A stretch of 40,012 nt of DNA from a virus. Of this stretch, positions 33,132 to 39,621 are shown one piece after another. The notes beneath the pieces are model-generated. The model was not told the DNA's origin and did no database searches. It saw only the letters and a program-made list of their open reading frames with translations. Every line of letters starts with the position of its first letter. The first letter of the stretch is position 1. The translations under genes and the position numbers were made by a program. The stretch lies in IMG/VR virus record IMGVR_UViG_3300045391_003027. One strand, written 5' to 3'.

Positions 33132-33163
33132 TATCCCTCTTGGGATATATGTCAAGAGGGATA
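33132..33163. promoter_or_regulatory. 32-bp operator palindrome OR-like: TATCCCTCTTG-N10-CAAGAGGGATA, with a leftward TTGACA
   Basis: Perfect 11-bp inverted arms. On the minus strand it reads TTGACA (33155-33150), a 16-nt spacer, then TAGGCT, pointing into the Cro-like gene. It fills the cro/repressor gap. Confidence 0.6.
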
Positions 33164-33164
33164 C

Positions 33165-33560
33165 ATGTCCCGTGCCAGGATCGGCCTGCGAATGCCGAAA
33201 GTGACCGTGGCAACACCCTTGGAAGTGACCGGTATGCCCGTTCGGTTGCACGGGGCGATGCAGGCCGTTGCTCAGGCCTCGGGGCTCAAGAAGCTCACGC
33301 AGACGCAGCTGCAGGAGCTGTCGGGCGTCGCGCAAAGTTCGATTTCGCGCCTGCTCAACAAGAAGCGCGCCGGTGGTGGGCACGTCGCGCACGCTGTCCT
33401 AATCGCCCAGGCGCTTGGCGTCCGTCCGGGTTGGCTCATCGTGGGCGAGGAGCCGATGCGTCCCGCTGGCGCGGTCGTTCCGCGGCTCCCACAGGTCGTC
33501 GATGCAGACGCGCAGCGCCCGGCGAACGTTGGCGTGGCTGCCAAACACGGTAAGAAGTAG
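33165..33560 (+). CDS. CI-like XRE-family repressor
   Basis: LTQTQLQELSGVAQSSISRLLNKKR...AVLIAQALGVRPGWLIVGEEP is an HTH_3 pattern. It is divergent from the Cro-like gene. The start is uncertain: ATG at 33165 abuts the operator, with alternatives at 33192 and 33234. Confidence 0.6.
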   Translation: MSRARIGLRMPKVTVATPLEVTGMPVRLHGAMQAVAQASGLKKLTQTQLQELSGVAQSSISRLLNKKRAGGGHVAHAVLIAQALGVRPGWLIVGEEPMRPAGAVVPRLPQVVDADAQRPANVGVAAKHGKK

Positions 33561-33691
33561 GCGCCCGTCCCCCGAGGTCACGTCCACTGCCACCCCTCGT
33601 GAACAGGGCCTGATCCGATAGCGGTAGGCCATGGCTAGGTAGAACGCGCCAATCGGTCGCCGGCTTTGCGCGGTTGCGTACCCAAACGTTT

Positions 33692-33723
33692 TATCCCTCT
33701 TGACATATATCCCAAGAGGGATA
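33692..33723. promoter_or_regulatory. Second copy of the 32-bp operator palindrome, inverted, with a rightward TTGACA
   Basis: It is the exact reverse complement of 33132-33163. On the plus strand it reads TTGACA (33700-33705), a 16-nt spacer, then TAGTGT, facing the 33833 -> 39008 operon. Confidence 0.6.
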
Positions 33724-33832
33724 GTGTACCTGAGTCCTCGCTCGGAGGGGGCCTCGCAGCAGGCACCCCATCCCCCCTGGCCTGACCGGCTACGGGGCCC
33801 CGACTCCGGGCGAGCACAACCAGGAGCCCCCG

Positions 33833-34003
33833 TTGAAAGCCACCATTCACGTCGATTCTGACCAGCCCGTGTTGGTGCTGGTCCTGCCGCTTCCGCCCCG
33901 GAAGTGCCGCGAGCTGCCCGCCGACGGCCGCCGCGTCGTCGATACCACCGCCGAGCCCGCACCCGCCAACGTCGTCCACTTTCGGAAGGCCGTCGGTCAG
34001 TGA
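33833..34003 (+). CDS. Hypothetical 56-aa protein (first gene of the early-right operon)
   Basis: Not in the ORF track because it is under 60 aa. TTG start preceded by AGGAG with a 6-nt spacer. My translation is (M)KATIHVDSDQPVLVLVLPLPPRKCRELPADGRRVVDTTAEPAPANVVHFRKAVGQ. GC3 is very high. Its stop overlaps the next GTG as GTGA. Confidence 0.45.
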   Translation: MKATIHVDSDQPVLVLVLPLPPRKCRELPADGRRVVDTTAEPAPANVVHFRKAVGQ

Positions 34004-34293
34004 AGCTCGTCTGGAGCGATCTCGAGCGGCGCGCCGTTGCGATCAGCATCATCGGCAAGCTGACCCATGTGGCGCCGAGCCCGTGGGACATGGCCGCGCT
34101 CGCGGTCGAGCTGGCCGAGATGGCGAACGAGTCCATCGGCCACTGCTGCGATCGGCAGCCGCACCTCGGCACTCGCGAGGAGCTGCAGTCAGAGCTGGAG
34201 CGCGTGCGTGCCGTCGCGCGCGAATCCTCGCAATCGACCACAGCAGCGCGGATGGCGCAGATCGCAGCCGGCGGATCGGGGGTGCCGTCGTGA
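34000..34293 (+). CDS. Hypothetical 97-aa protein
   Basis: GTG at 34000 overlaps the upstream stop as GTGA (VKLVWSDLERRAVAISIIGKL...). Confidence 0.45.
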   Translation: MKLVWSDLERRAVAISIIGKLTHVAPSPWDMAALAVELAEMANESIGHCCDRQPHLGTREELQSELERVRAVARESSQSTTAARMAQIAAGGSGVPS

Positions 34294-34496
34294 GCCTGGC
34301 GGCGAACGTCGAGCGCATCGAGCGTCGCATCGGGCCGCTCGATAGTCACGAGCGCGAGTTCGTCGCCGGCTTTCGCTACTGCGTCGACATGTTGGAGGCG
34401 CGTTGGCTGCTCAAGCGCACGGGCGCCGTGCTTGTGAAGCGGTACCGCCGCATCCGTGGCGCGCTGCACCCCTACCTGACCTGGGGGATGCCGTGA
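34290..34496 (+). CDS. Hypothetical 68-aa protein
   Basis: GTG at 34290 overlaps the upstream stop as GTGA (VSLAANVERIERRIGPLDSHEREF...). Confidence 0.45.
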   Translation: MSLAANVERIERRIGPLDSHEREFVAGFRYCVDMLEARWLLKRTGAVLVKRYRRIRGALHPYLTWGMP

Positions 34497-34801
34497 CCGA
34501 ACCCGCGATCCTCTACGCCGAGCACATCGACGATTTGGGCCAGGCCTGGAGCCTGGCGCTGGTGCGAACGCGTTGGGCCAACGAGGGCCAGTGCGTGCTC
34601 GAGTGCACCAACAAGGCAGGCGTGAGCCTGGTCGAGCAGGGCGCCTGGTCGGTGGCCCACGATGACGACGGCCCCGCCCTGCTCCGCGTAGAAATCCCGA
34701 TGGACGATGAGCTGAACTACGCGGCCCTGAACCTGCTGCTCGGCAAGCTCGTCGCCAAGGGCGGCAGTTGGGGCATCGAATCACACGAGGTGCTGCCGTG
34801 A
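34493..34801 (+). CDS. Hypothetical 102-aa protein
   Basis: GTG at 34493 overlaps the upstream stop as GTGA (VTEPAILYAEHIDDLGQAWSLALV...). Confidence 0.45.
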   Translation: MTEPAILYAEHIDDLGQAWSLALVRTRWANEGQCVLECTNKAGVSLVEQGAWSVAHDDDGPALLRVEIPMDDELNYAALNLLLGKLVAKGGSWGIESHEVLP

Positions 34802-35091
34802 CCGCGCTCCCATTCCCCAGCGGTGTCCCGATCGACGTGTCGGCCATGCCGGCAGCATCGAGCGGCCGCACCACGCTCGCCGACGGGAGCGAAGGCGCCG
34901 TGCTGCAGCCCGCGTACACGGAGCCGCCGCGCCCGCGCTTTCCAGCCGTGTCGACGCCGCGCCTGCTGGTGCTGGCTGACGAGCTCGGCACGATGGTCGC
35001 GCTCGAGCAACACAAGGGCGAGCCCTGGGTTGACTGGGCCGCCAACGTCGAGCGCCAAGCCGTCGCCGAACTGGCCCGGCGCGCCATCTGA
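34798..35091 (+). CDS. Hypothetical 97-aa protein
   Basis: GTG at 34798 overlaps the upstream stop as GTGA (VTALPFPSGVPIDVSAMPAASSG...). Confidence 0.45.
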   Translation: MTALPFPSGVPIDVSAMPAASSGRTTLADGSEGAVLQPAYTEPPRPRFPAVSTPRLLVLADELGTMVALEQHKGEPWVDWAANVERQAVAELARRAI

Positions 35092-35122
35092 CTACCCGGC
35101 GCTGCGGCGCCAAGGAGGGACC

Positions 35123-35392
35123 ATGTCTGCTGCGAAACAGATCGCTACCGAAACCGATGCGGCGACGCCCGCCGCGATCAGCCGCGAGGCGCGCGCCCAT
35201 CTGCGCGCCGTGTTCTACGACACCGTGCAAGCGCTCGCGGCGCTCGATTCTGGCGACCACTGCGGCGCCGACAACGCGCTCAAGGCCGCCATGCTGGCCG
35301 CCGCGGACGCGCGCGCTGCGCTGCAGCCGCTGCTCGCGCCGCTGTCACCCAAGGCCCAAGTCGACGCCTCACTCAAGGAGTGGCTCACATGA
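35123..35392 (+). CDS. Hypothetical 89-aa Ala-rich helical protein
   Basis: ATG at 35123 is preceded by AAGGAGGGA. Confidence 0.5.
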   Translation: MSAAKQIATETDAATPAAISREARAHLRAVFYDTVQALAALDSGDHCGADNALKAAMLAAADARAALQPLLAPLSPKAQVDASLKEWLT

Positions 35393-36846
35393 AAGACATT
35401 GTTCTCATCGATCACGGCAGCGTCTACTGGGCTGCCTGGCACTCCAGCGTGCACGAGGAGGTCAGCGCCGCGCATGACCGGTGCGTCGCCCACGTCCGCA
35501 AGATTGCCGGAAACACGAAGGCGGTCGCCATCTGCTGCGATTCGCCCAAAAGCAACCGCCGCGCGAAGTTCCCGGAATACAAGGCCAATCGCCCGGAGAA
35601 AGACCACGCGGCTATCGAGCAGCTGCAGCGCACGAAAGAGACCCTGCGCCGCGACGGCTTCCTGCTCTGGGAGGTCGAGGGCTACGAGGCCGACGACGTG
35701 ATCGCCAGCGCCGTCAAGCTCGCACTCGCCGACCCCGAAAACGGAATCACCGTGTGCACCGCCGACAAAGACCTGATGCAGCTCGTCGGTCCGCGCGTCA
35801 TCTGGGAGAGCACCCGCGTAGACCTGCAGTTGCAGGTGCTGGGCGTCCAAGAAAAGCTCGGCGTGCCGCCTGCCATGGTGCGCGACTGGCTCGCCCTCGT
35901 CGGCGACAAGTCCGACAACGTGCCGGGCGTGCCGGGGATCGGTCCCGTCAAGGCCGCGGCACTGCTGAACGAGTTCGGCAACATCGAGACGATTCTCGAG
36001 CGTGTTCAGAAAAACGTCACGCACAAGCTCTTTAGCCCGGCCATTGCCGCCGCTTTCTACGATGCGCAGAACCTGAAGAATCTGGCCATCGCGCGTGAGC
36101 TGGTGACCCTCGTCGACACGCTGCCGGTAAACTTTGACGAGATCTTCGAGGAGCGCGCATCTCAACCGCTGGTCGCGCCAACCGGGGAGTTTGACGATGA
36201 GCCGGCTCCCGCGTCGGCGCCGGTGCCCACCCCTGCTCCCCAACAGACGCCCGAGCCGCGCACCGAGCTTGTCGTCGCGCCACAGCAGCCGGCGCCTGTC
36301 ACGACTTTGGCGCCCGCGCAAAGCTCCGCTCCTTCTGCGCCGGCCCTCTCTGCATACGAGCAGCAGCTGCAGCCGCAGACGCTGAAAGCGGCCTCGATCT
36401 TGGCGGAGACGCTTTTCAATTCGCGGCTGTACCAAAAGCTCGGCAACAAAGAGGCGATCTTCGCGGTCATCCTGCGCGGGCGCGAGATGGGGCTGACCGC
36501 GCTCACCTCGCTCGACATGTTCCACGTCGTCGAGGGCAGGCCGACCATGACGGCGCACATGCTCATCTCCCGTGCGAAGCAACACCCCGACTGCAAGTAC
36601 TTCCGCTACATCGGCGGTGACGACACGTACGCGGAGTACGAGACATGGAACCGGCTCAATCCCGAGCCGACGCGGCTCAAGTACACCATCGAGCAAGCGA
36701 AGCGCGCAGGTGTCGTCAAGGCCGGTTCGAATTGGGAAAAGCGCCCCGCCGAGATGTTGCGCAAAACGTGCGGCGTGCAGCTCGCACGTATCGAATACCC
36801 CGAGGCCTTGGGTGGCCTCTACGCACAAGAGGAGCTCGCGGCCTGA
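35389..36846 (+). CDS. Fusion protein: N-terminal FEN / Pol I-type 5'-3' exonuclease, then a Pro/Ala/Gln linker, then a C-terminal RecT-like single-strand annealing domain (485 aa)
   Basis: ATG at 35389 overlaps the upstream stop as ATGA. The exonuclease motifs are LIDHGS, FPEYKANRPEK, GYEADDVIAS, TADKDLMQLV and GDKSDNVPGVPGIGPVKAA (H3TH). The C-terminus ...GLTALTSLDMFHVVEGRPTMTAHMLISRA...GSNWEKRPAEMLRKTCGVQLARIEYPEALGGLYAQEEL fits the RecT pattern W...P.EML.K....L.R...P. Confidence 0.65.
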   Translation: MKDIVLIDHGSVYWAAWHSSVHEEVSAAHDRCVAHVRKIAGNTKAVAICCDSPKSNRRAKFPEYKANRPEKDHAAIEQLQRTKETLRRDGFLLWEVEGYEADDVIASAVKLALADPENGITVCTADKDLMQLVGPRVIWESTRVDLQLQVLGVQEKLGVPPAMVRDWLALVGDKSDNVPGVPGIGPVKAAALLNEFGNIETILERVQKNVTHKLFSPAIAAAFYDAQNLKNLAIARELVTLVDTLPVNFDEIFEERASQPLVAPTGEFDDEPAPASAPVPTPAPQQTPEPRTELVVAPQQPAPVTTLAPAQSSAPSAPALSAYEQQLQPQTLKAASILAETLFNSRLYQKLGNKEAIFAVILRGREMGLTALTSLDMFHVVEGRPTMTAHMLISRAKQHPDCKYFRYIGGDDTYAEYETWNRLNPEPTRLKYTIEQAKRAGVVKAGSNWEKRPAEMLRKTCGVQLARIEYPEALGGLYAQEELAA

Positions 36847-38180
36847 TGGCAAAGAAGAAGCTTACGAAACTCACCGAGGCACAAGAGGCGCGCGTTGCGA
36901 CGTGGCGCGCGGAGTGGCTGACTCACGGCTGCTGTACCGAACGAGCGGACCGCCCGCGCGCGCAGGCCGCCATCACGGCCATGTACGAGGCAATCGGCGA
37001 GAAGGCGCCGGTGTACCTCTGGTTCGATTCGCCCATGTCGGCGTCGCTCGCCGCGGGGCTCCTGCTCTCGCTCAAGGCGAAGAAACCGCTGCGCGATCAG
37101 CTCGTCAGCCAGCTCGACAGCCAGCTCGACAGCCAGCTCGTCAGCCAGCTCGACAGCCAGCTCGACAGCCAGCTCGTCAGCCAGCTCGACAGCCAGCTCG
37201 ACAGCCAGCTCGGCAGCCAGCTCTACAGCCAGCTCGGCAGCCAGCTCGGCAGCCAGCTCGGCAGCCAGCTCTACAGCCAGCTCGACAGCCAGCTCGACAG
37301 CCAGCTCGGCAGCCAGCTCGGCAGCCAGCTCGGCAGCCAGCTCTACAGCCAGCTCGTCAGCCAGCTCGACAGCCAGCTCTACAGCCAGCTCTACAGCCAG
37401 CTCGGCAGCCAGCTCGTCAGCCAGCTCGACAGCCAGCTCTACAGCCAGCTCGGCAGCCAGCTCGGCAGCCAGCTCGACAGCCAGCTCTACAGCCAGCTGC
37501 GAGAAGATCTCAGAAGCCACGCGCGAAGCGCGGCGACCAACACGATGGCCACCAGTTGGCGCTACGGCTGGGTCGCGTTCTACAGCTTCCTGCAGGACGT
37601 TTTGGGCTTGGAGGCAGACGCCGAGGTGTTGCGGCGCCTCGGGCTTTGGAAGGAGCTCCTGCAGTCGTCCTTCTGGTTCATTCCGTACCAGGGAATGTGC
37701 TTCGTGAGCGATCGCCCGTCGGCCATCCATTGGGACGAGCGCGCGCGGCTGCATCACCCGTCCGAGGCCGCCGTGCAGTTCCGCGACGGCTACCGCTTGT
37801 TCATGTGGCACGGGACGCGAGTGCCCGAGCAATGGATTACGGCGCCCCAAAGCATCGACGTCACGGCCGCGTTGACTTGGGAAAATATCGAGGAGCGACG
37901 CGCGGCGGCCGAAATCATCGGTTGGCGCAAGGTGCGCGAGACTCTGATGGTCGAGGGCAAGGCGCGCATCATCGACGCCGACCCCGACCCCTACATCGGC
38001 ACGCTCTACGAAGTGGACTTGCCCGACTCGCCAGGCGAGAAGTTCTTGGACGTGCGCTGCGGCACAGGGCGCGACTTCACGCTGCCGGTGGACCCGAAGT
38101 CAAAGACGGCACTTGAGGCCAACGCCCGCACGTACCGGCTCAAGCCGAGCGAATACAAGAAACTCGAGGCGCGAACCTAG
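36846..38180 (+). CDS. Three-part protein (444 aa): an 84-aa N-terminal domain, a (Q-L-x-S)x33 tetrapeptide-repeat tract, and a roughly 225-aa C-terminal domain (possibly DUF6745-like)
   Basis: The ATG shares 1 nt with the upstream TGA. Only this frame gives sensible flanking domains. The C-terminal part ...VSDRPSAIHWDERARLHHPSEAAVQFRDGYRLFMWHGTRVP...WENIEERRAAAEIIGW...GTLYEV...ART matches a conserved family as I recall it. Confidence 0.6.
   Translation: MAKKKLTKLTEAQEARVATWRAEWLTHGCCTERADRPRAQAAITAMYEAIGEKAPVYLWFDSPMSASLAAGLLLSLKAKKPLRDQLVSQLDSQLDSQLVSQLDSQLDSQLVSQLDSQLDSQLGSQLYSQLGSQLGSQLGSQLYSQLDSQLDSQLGSQLGSQLGSQLYSQLVSQLDSQLYSQLYSQLGSQLVSQLDSQLYSQLGSQLGSQLDSQLYSQLREDLRSHARSAATNTMATSWRYGWVAFYSFLQDVLGLEADAEVLRRLGLWKELLQSSFWFIPYQGMCFVSDRPSAIHWDERARLHHPSEAAVQFRDGYRLFMWHGTRVPEQWITAPQSIDVTAALTWENIEERRAAAEIIGWRKVRETLMVEGKARIIDADPDPYIGTLYEVDLPDSPGEKFLDVRCGTGRDFTLPVDPKSKTALEANARTYRLKPSEYKKLEART
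37098..37499 (+). repeat. Tandem 12-bp repeat array, about 33 units of CAGCTC-NNC-AGC
   Basis: By my manual count there are 33 full units plus a terminal CAGCTG. Nine of the 12 nt are invariant in every unit. The variable codon is GAC, GGC, GTC or TAC (D x11, G x10, V x5, Y x7). Confidence 0.9.
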
Positions 38181-38203
38181 GCGCGCCGGAAGGAAAGCAA
38201 CAA

Positions 38204-38557
38204 ATGAAGACGATTCAAAACATGGGTGCGCAGGGCGACGTGCTGTTCCGTCGCATCGACAAGCTGCCGGCGGGCGTCGCCGAGCAGAAAGCCGCTGCAG
38301 AGGGCCACGTCGTGGCGCACTCGGAAACGGGGCATCACCACACCGTGAGCCCGCTGGAGGCCAAGTTGTTCGACAAGGCGACGCGCGACCCGATGATCTG
38401 CTACCTGCAGCTCGCGGGCGACTTCGCCGACGTGGTGCATCACCGCCCCCACGACACCCACGAAACGCTGCGGCTCGCCGGCGGAGCGGGCGCCATCTAC
38501 GAGGTCCGCCGTCAGGAAGAGTACACGCCGGAAGGCTGGCGCCGCGTCGAGGACTAG
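38204..38557 (+). CDS. Hypothetical His-rich small beta protein (117 aa)
   Basis: ATG preceded by GGAAGGAAAG. Motifs are QGDVLFRRIDKLP, AHSETGHHH and HHRPHDTHE. It recalls a recurrent small phage protein family of unknown function. Confidence 0.5.
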   Translation: MKTIQNMGAQGDVLFRRIDKLPAGVAEQKAAAEGHVVAHSETGHHHTVSPLEAKLFDKATRDPMICYLQLAGDFADVVHHRPHDTHETLRLAGGAGAIYEVRRQEEYTPEGWRRVED

Positions 38558-38565
38558 CGCCCAAA

Positions 38566-38598
38566 CAGGCGGGCGGCGAACCTGATGCCGCCCGCCTG
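38566..38598 (+). terminator. GC-rich stem-loop (12-bp perfect stem) between two early-right genes; terminator-like but lacking a U-tract
   Basis: CAGGCGGGCGGC-gaacctgat-GCCGCCCGCCTG. Confidence 0.35.
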
Positions 38599-38630
38599 CC
38601 CGCGCATCTAGCAGCCGCGAAAGGGACCCA

Positions 38631-39008
38631 ATGAGCGACGCACCCGTCCCATACAACATCGGTACCCAGGTCGTGCATCAAGGCGGCGAGCTTGGCTCCG
38701 TCGTTCCTGAACCGGAGCGGTACGCCGGGCGATACCACAGCGCCTCTGACCTGGAGACGCTCAAGCACCTCGTTTGGTTTCTGCCAGTCCCTGGTAACGA
38801 GGACCCGAAGCCAGAGCCTCGACTCGTCAGAACGATCGAGCTGCGACCGTACATCCCACGACCGCCGGTTACGCAACACGGCTCAGCTAGCTGTCGAGCA
38901 TGCGGAGCAGACTACCCACACGTGCACGACCGCAAGGGCTTTCCGCACGCCGTCGAAACGCCGAAAGAGGAGTACCGGTTTCCGCCTGGCACTCATTACG
39001 AGGACTAG
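38631..39008 (+). CDS. Hypothetical 125-aa protein (last gene of the early-right operon)
   Basis: ATG preceded by aaaggga. Plausible composition. It is convergent with the end of the late/lysis string. Confidence 0.45.
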   Translation: MSDAPVPYNIGTQVVHQGGELGSVVPEPERYAGRYHSASDLETLKHLVWFLPVPGNEDPKPEPRLVRTIELRPYIPRPPVTQHGSASCRACGADYPHVHDRKGFPHAVETPKEEYRFPPGTHYED

Positions 39009-39079
39009 GGCGCCCTGCCTCGGTCGACCTAAGGCGCAGCCGAATCAGGCCACGAGCGCTAGACAACGGCACTGGCGCA

Positions 39080-39400
39080 CTAAAACAGCTTCACGCCGCG
39101 CAGTATCAGCAGCGTTGCCGCCGCGATAGCCGCGAGTCCAAGCACCACCAGCACGACCGCGCGCCCCGTCGGTGTGAGCCCAGCGAGCGCGCCGAGCGCC
39201 ACCTTTGCCTGGCGCGGTGCATCGGACGGAATGGTGACCTTGCTGTCCTCTTCCTCGTCACTATAGCTCTGCAGCTGCGCCCGCGTGAGGCCCGCGTCCT
39301 GCTCGAGCTGCGCGACGCGTCGCTTGAGCTCGGCCACCTCCGCCTCCCACGGCTCCGGGAGCCGCGTGCCGGGAATGCCGGGCACGTTGGGCGGGGTCAT
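39080..39400 (-). CDS. Tail-anchored membrane protein with an N-terminal coiled coil (106 aa); lysis-cassette member
   Basis: ATG at 39400 overlaps the upstream stop as ATGA. Product: MTPPNVPGIPG...EAEVAELKRRVAQLEQDAGLTRAQLQ...EEEDSK...AVVLVVLGLAAIAAATLLILRGVKLF. The single TM is at the extreme C-terminus. Confidence 0.5.
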   Translation of the reverse strand: MTPPNVPGIPGTRLPEPWEAEVAELKRRVAQLEQDAGLTRAQLQSYSDEEEDSKVTIPSDAPRQAKVALGALAGLTPTGRAVVLVVLGLAAIAAATLLILRGVKLF

Positions 39401-39621
39401 GGCGCGGCCGCCGCCATGGCAGAGACGACGGCCGAAACGAGGGAGAGGAACGTGCACGCGACGCAGATTGCGACGTAGGTGCGGAACTGCCCGCGGATGC
39501 CGCGAAACTCGTCGTACATCGCGATCGTCTTCTGGCTGACGTCGTGCATCGCGGCGCGGACGTCGTTCAGGTCAGAGCGCATCAGCGGTCGGTCGATGGG
39601 CGTGTTTTCGTCCTGGCTCAT
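39397..39621 (-). CDS. Tail-anchored membrane protein (74 aa); holin-like candidate
   Basis: ATG at 39621 overlaps the endolysin stop as ATGA. Product: MSQDENTPIDRPLMRSDLNDVRAAMHDVSQKTIAMYDEFRGIRGQFRTYVAICVACTFLSLVSAVVSAMAAAAP. The single TM is C-terminal. Confidence 0.5.
   Translation of the reverse strand: MSQDENTPIDRPLMRSDLNDVRAAMHDVSQKTIAMYDEFRGIRGQFRTYVAICVACTFLSLVSAVVSAMAAAAP

Noticed and set aside
33399-33632. Sub-ORF MAYRYRIRPCSRGVAVDVTSGDGRLLLTVFGSHANV... (77 aa, minus strand) antisense to the repressor tail
   Set aside because: It looks moderately protein-like with high GC3. However, it has no RBS, it would overlap the recognisable HTH-coding part of the repressor, and its third positions coincide with the GC-rich first positions of the repressor frame. 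I kept it only as a low-probability possibility.
33399-35087. 562-aa minus-strand ORF spanning the repressor 3' end and the early-right genes
   Set aside because: Its product is Arg/Ala/Ser/Pro-rich nonsense-like sequence. It lies antisense to six compact plus-strand genes that have RBSs, GTGA coupling and very high GC3. It is a typical GC-rich shadow ORF.
35215-36852. 545-aa minus-strand ORF
   Set aside because: It is antisense to the FEN-RecT gene, whose motifs are unambiguous. The product is Arg/Leu/Gly-rich with no motifs.
37098-37499. CRISPR array or DGR variable region
   Set aside because: The 12-bp units are contiguous with no spacers, so this is not a CRISPR. The codon-restricted variation is reminiscent of targeted diversification, but no reverse transcriptase or template repeat exists anywhere in this complete genome.
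36572-38116. Alternative frames of the 12-bp array: the plus frame gives (ARQP)n and the minus frame 36819-37850 gives (ELAx)n
   Set aside because: Both have Arg-rich, motif-free flanks. Only the 36846-38180 frame has a coupled start and well-formed N- and C-terminal domains.
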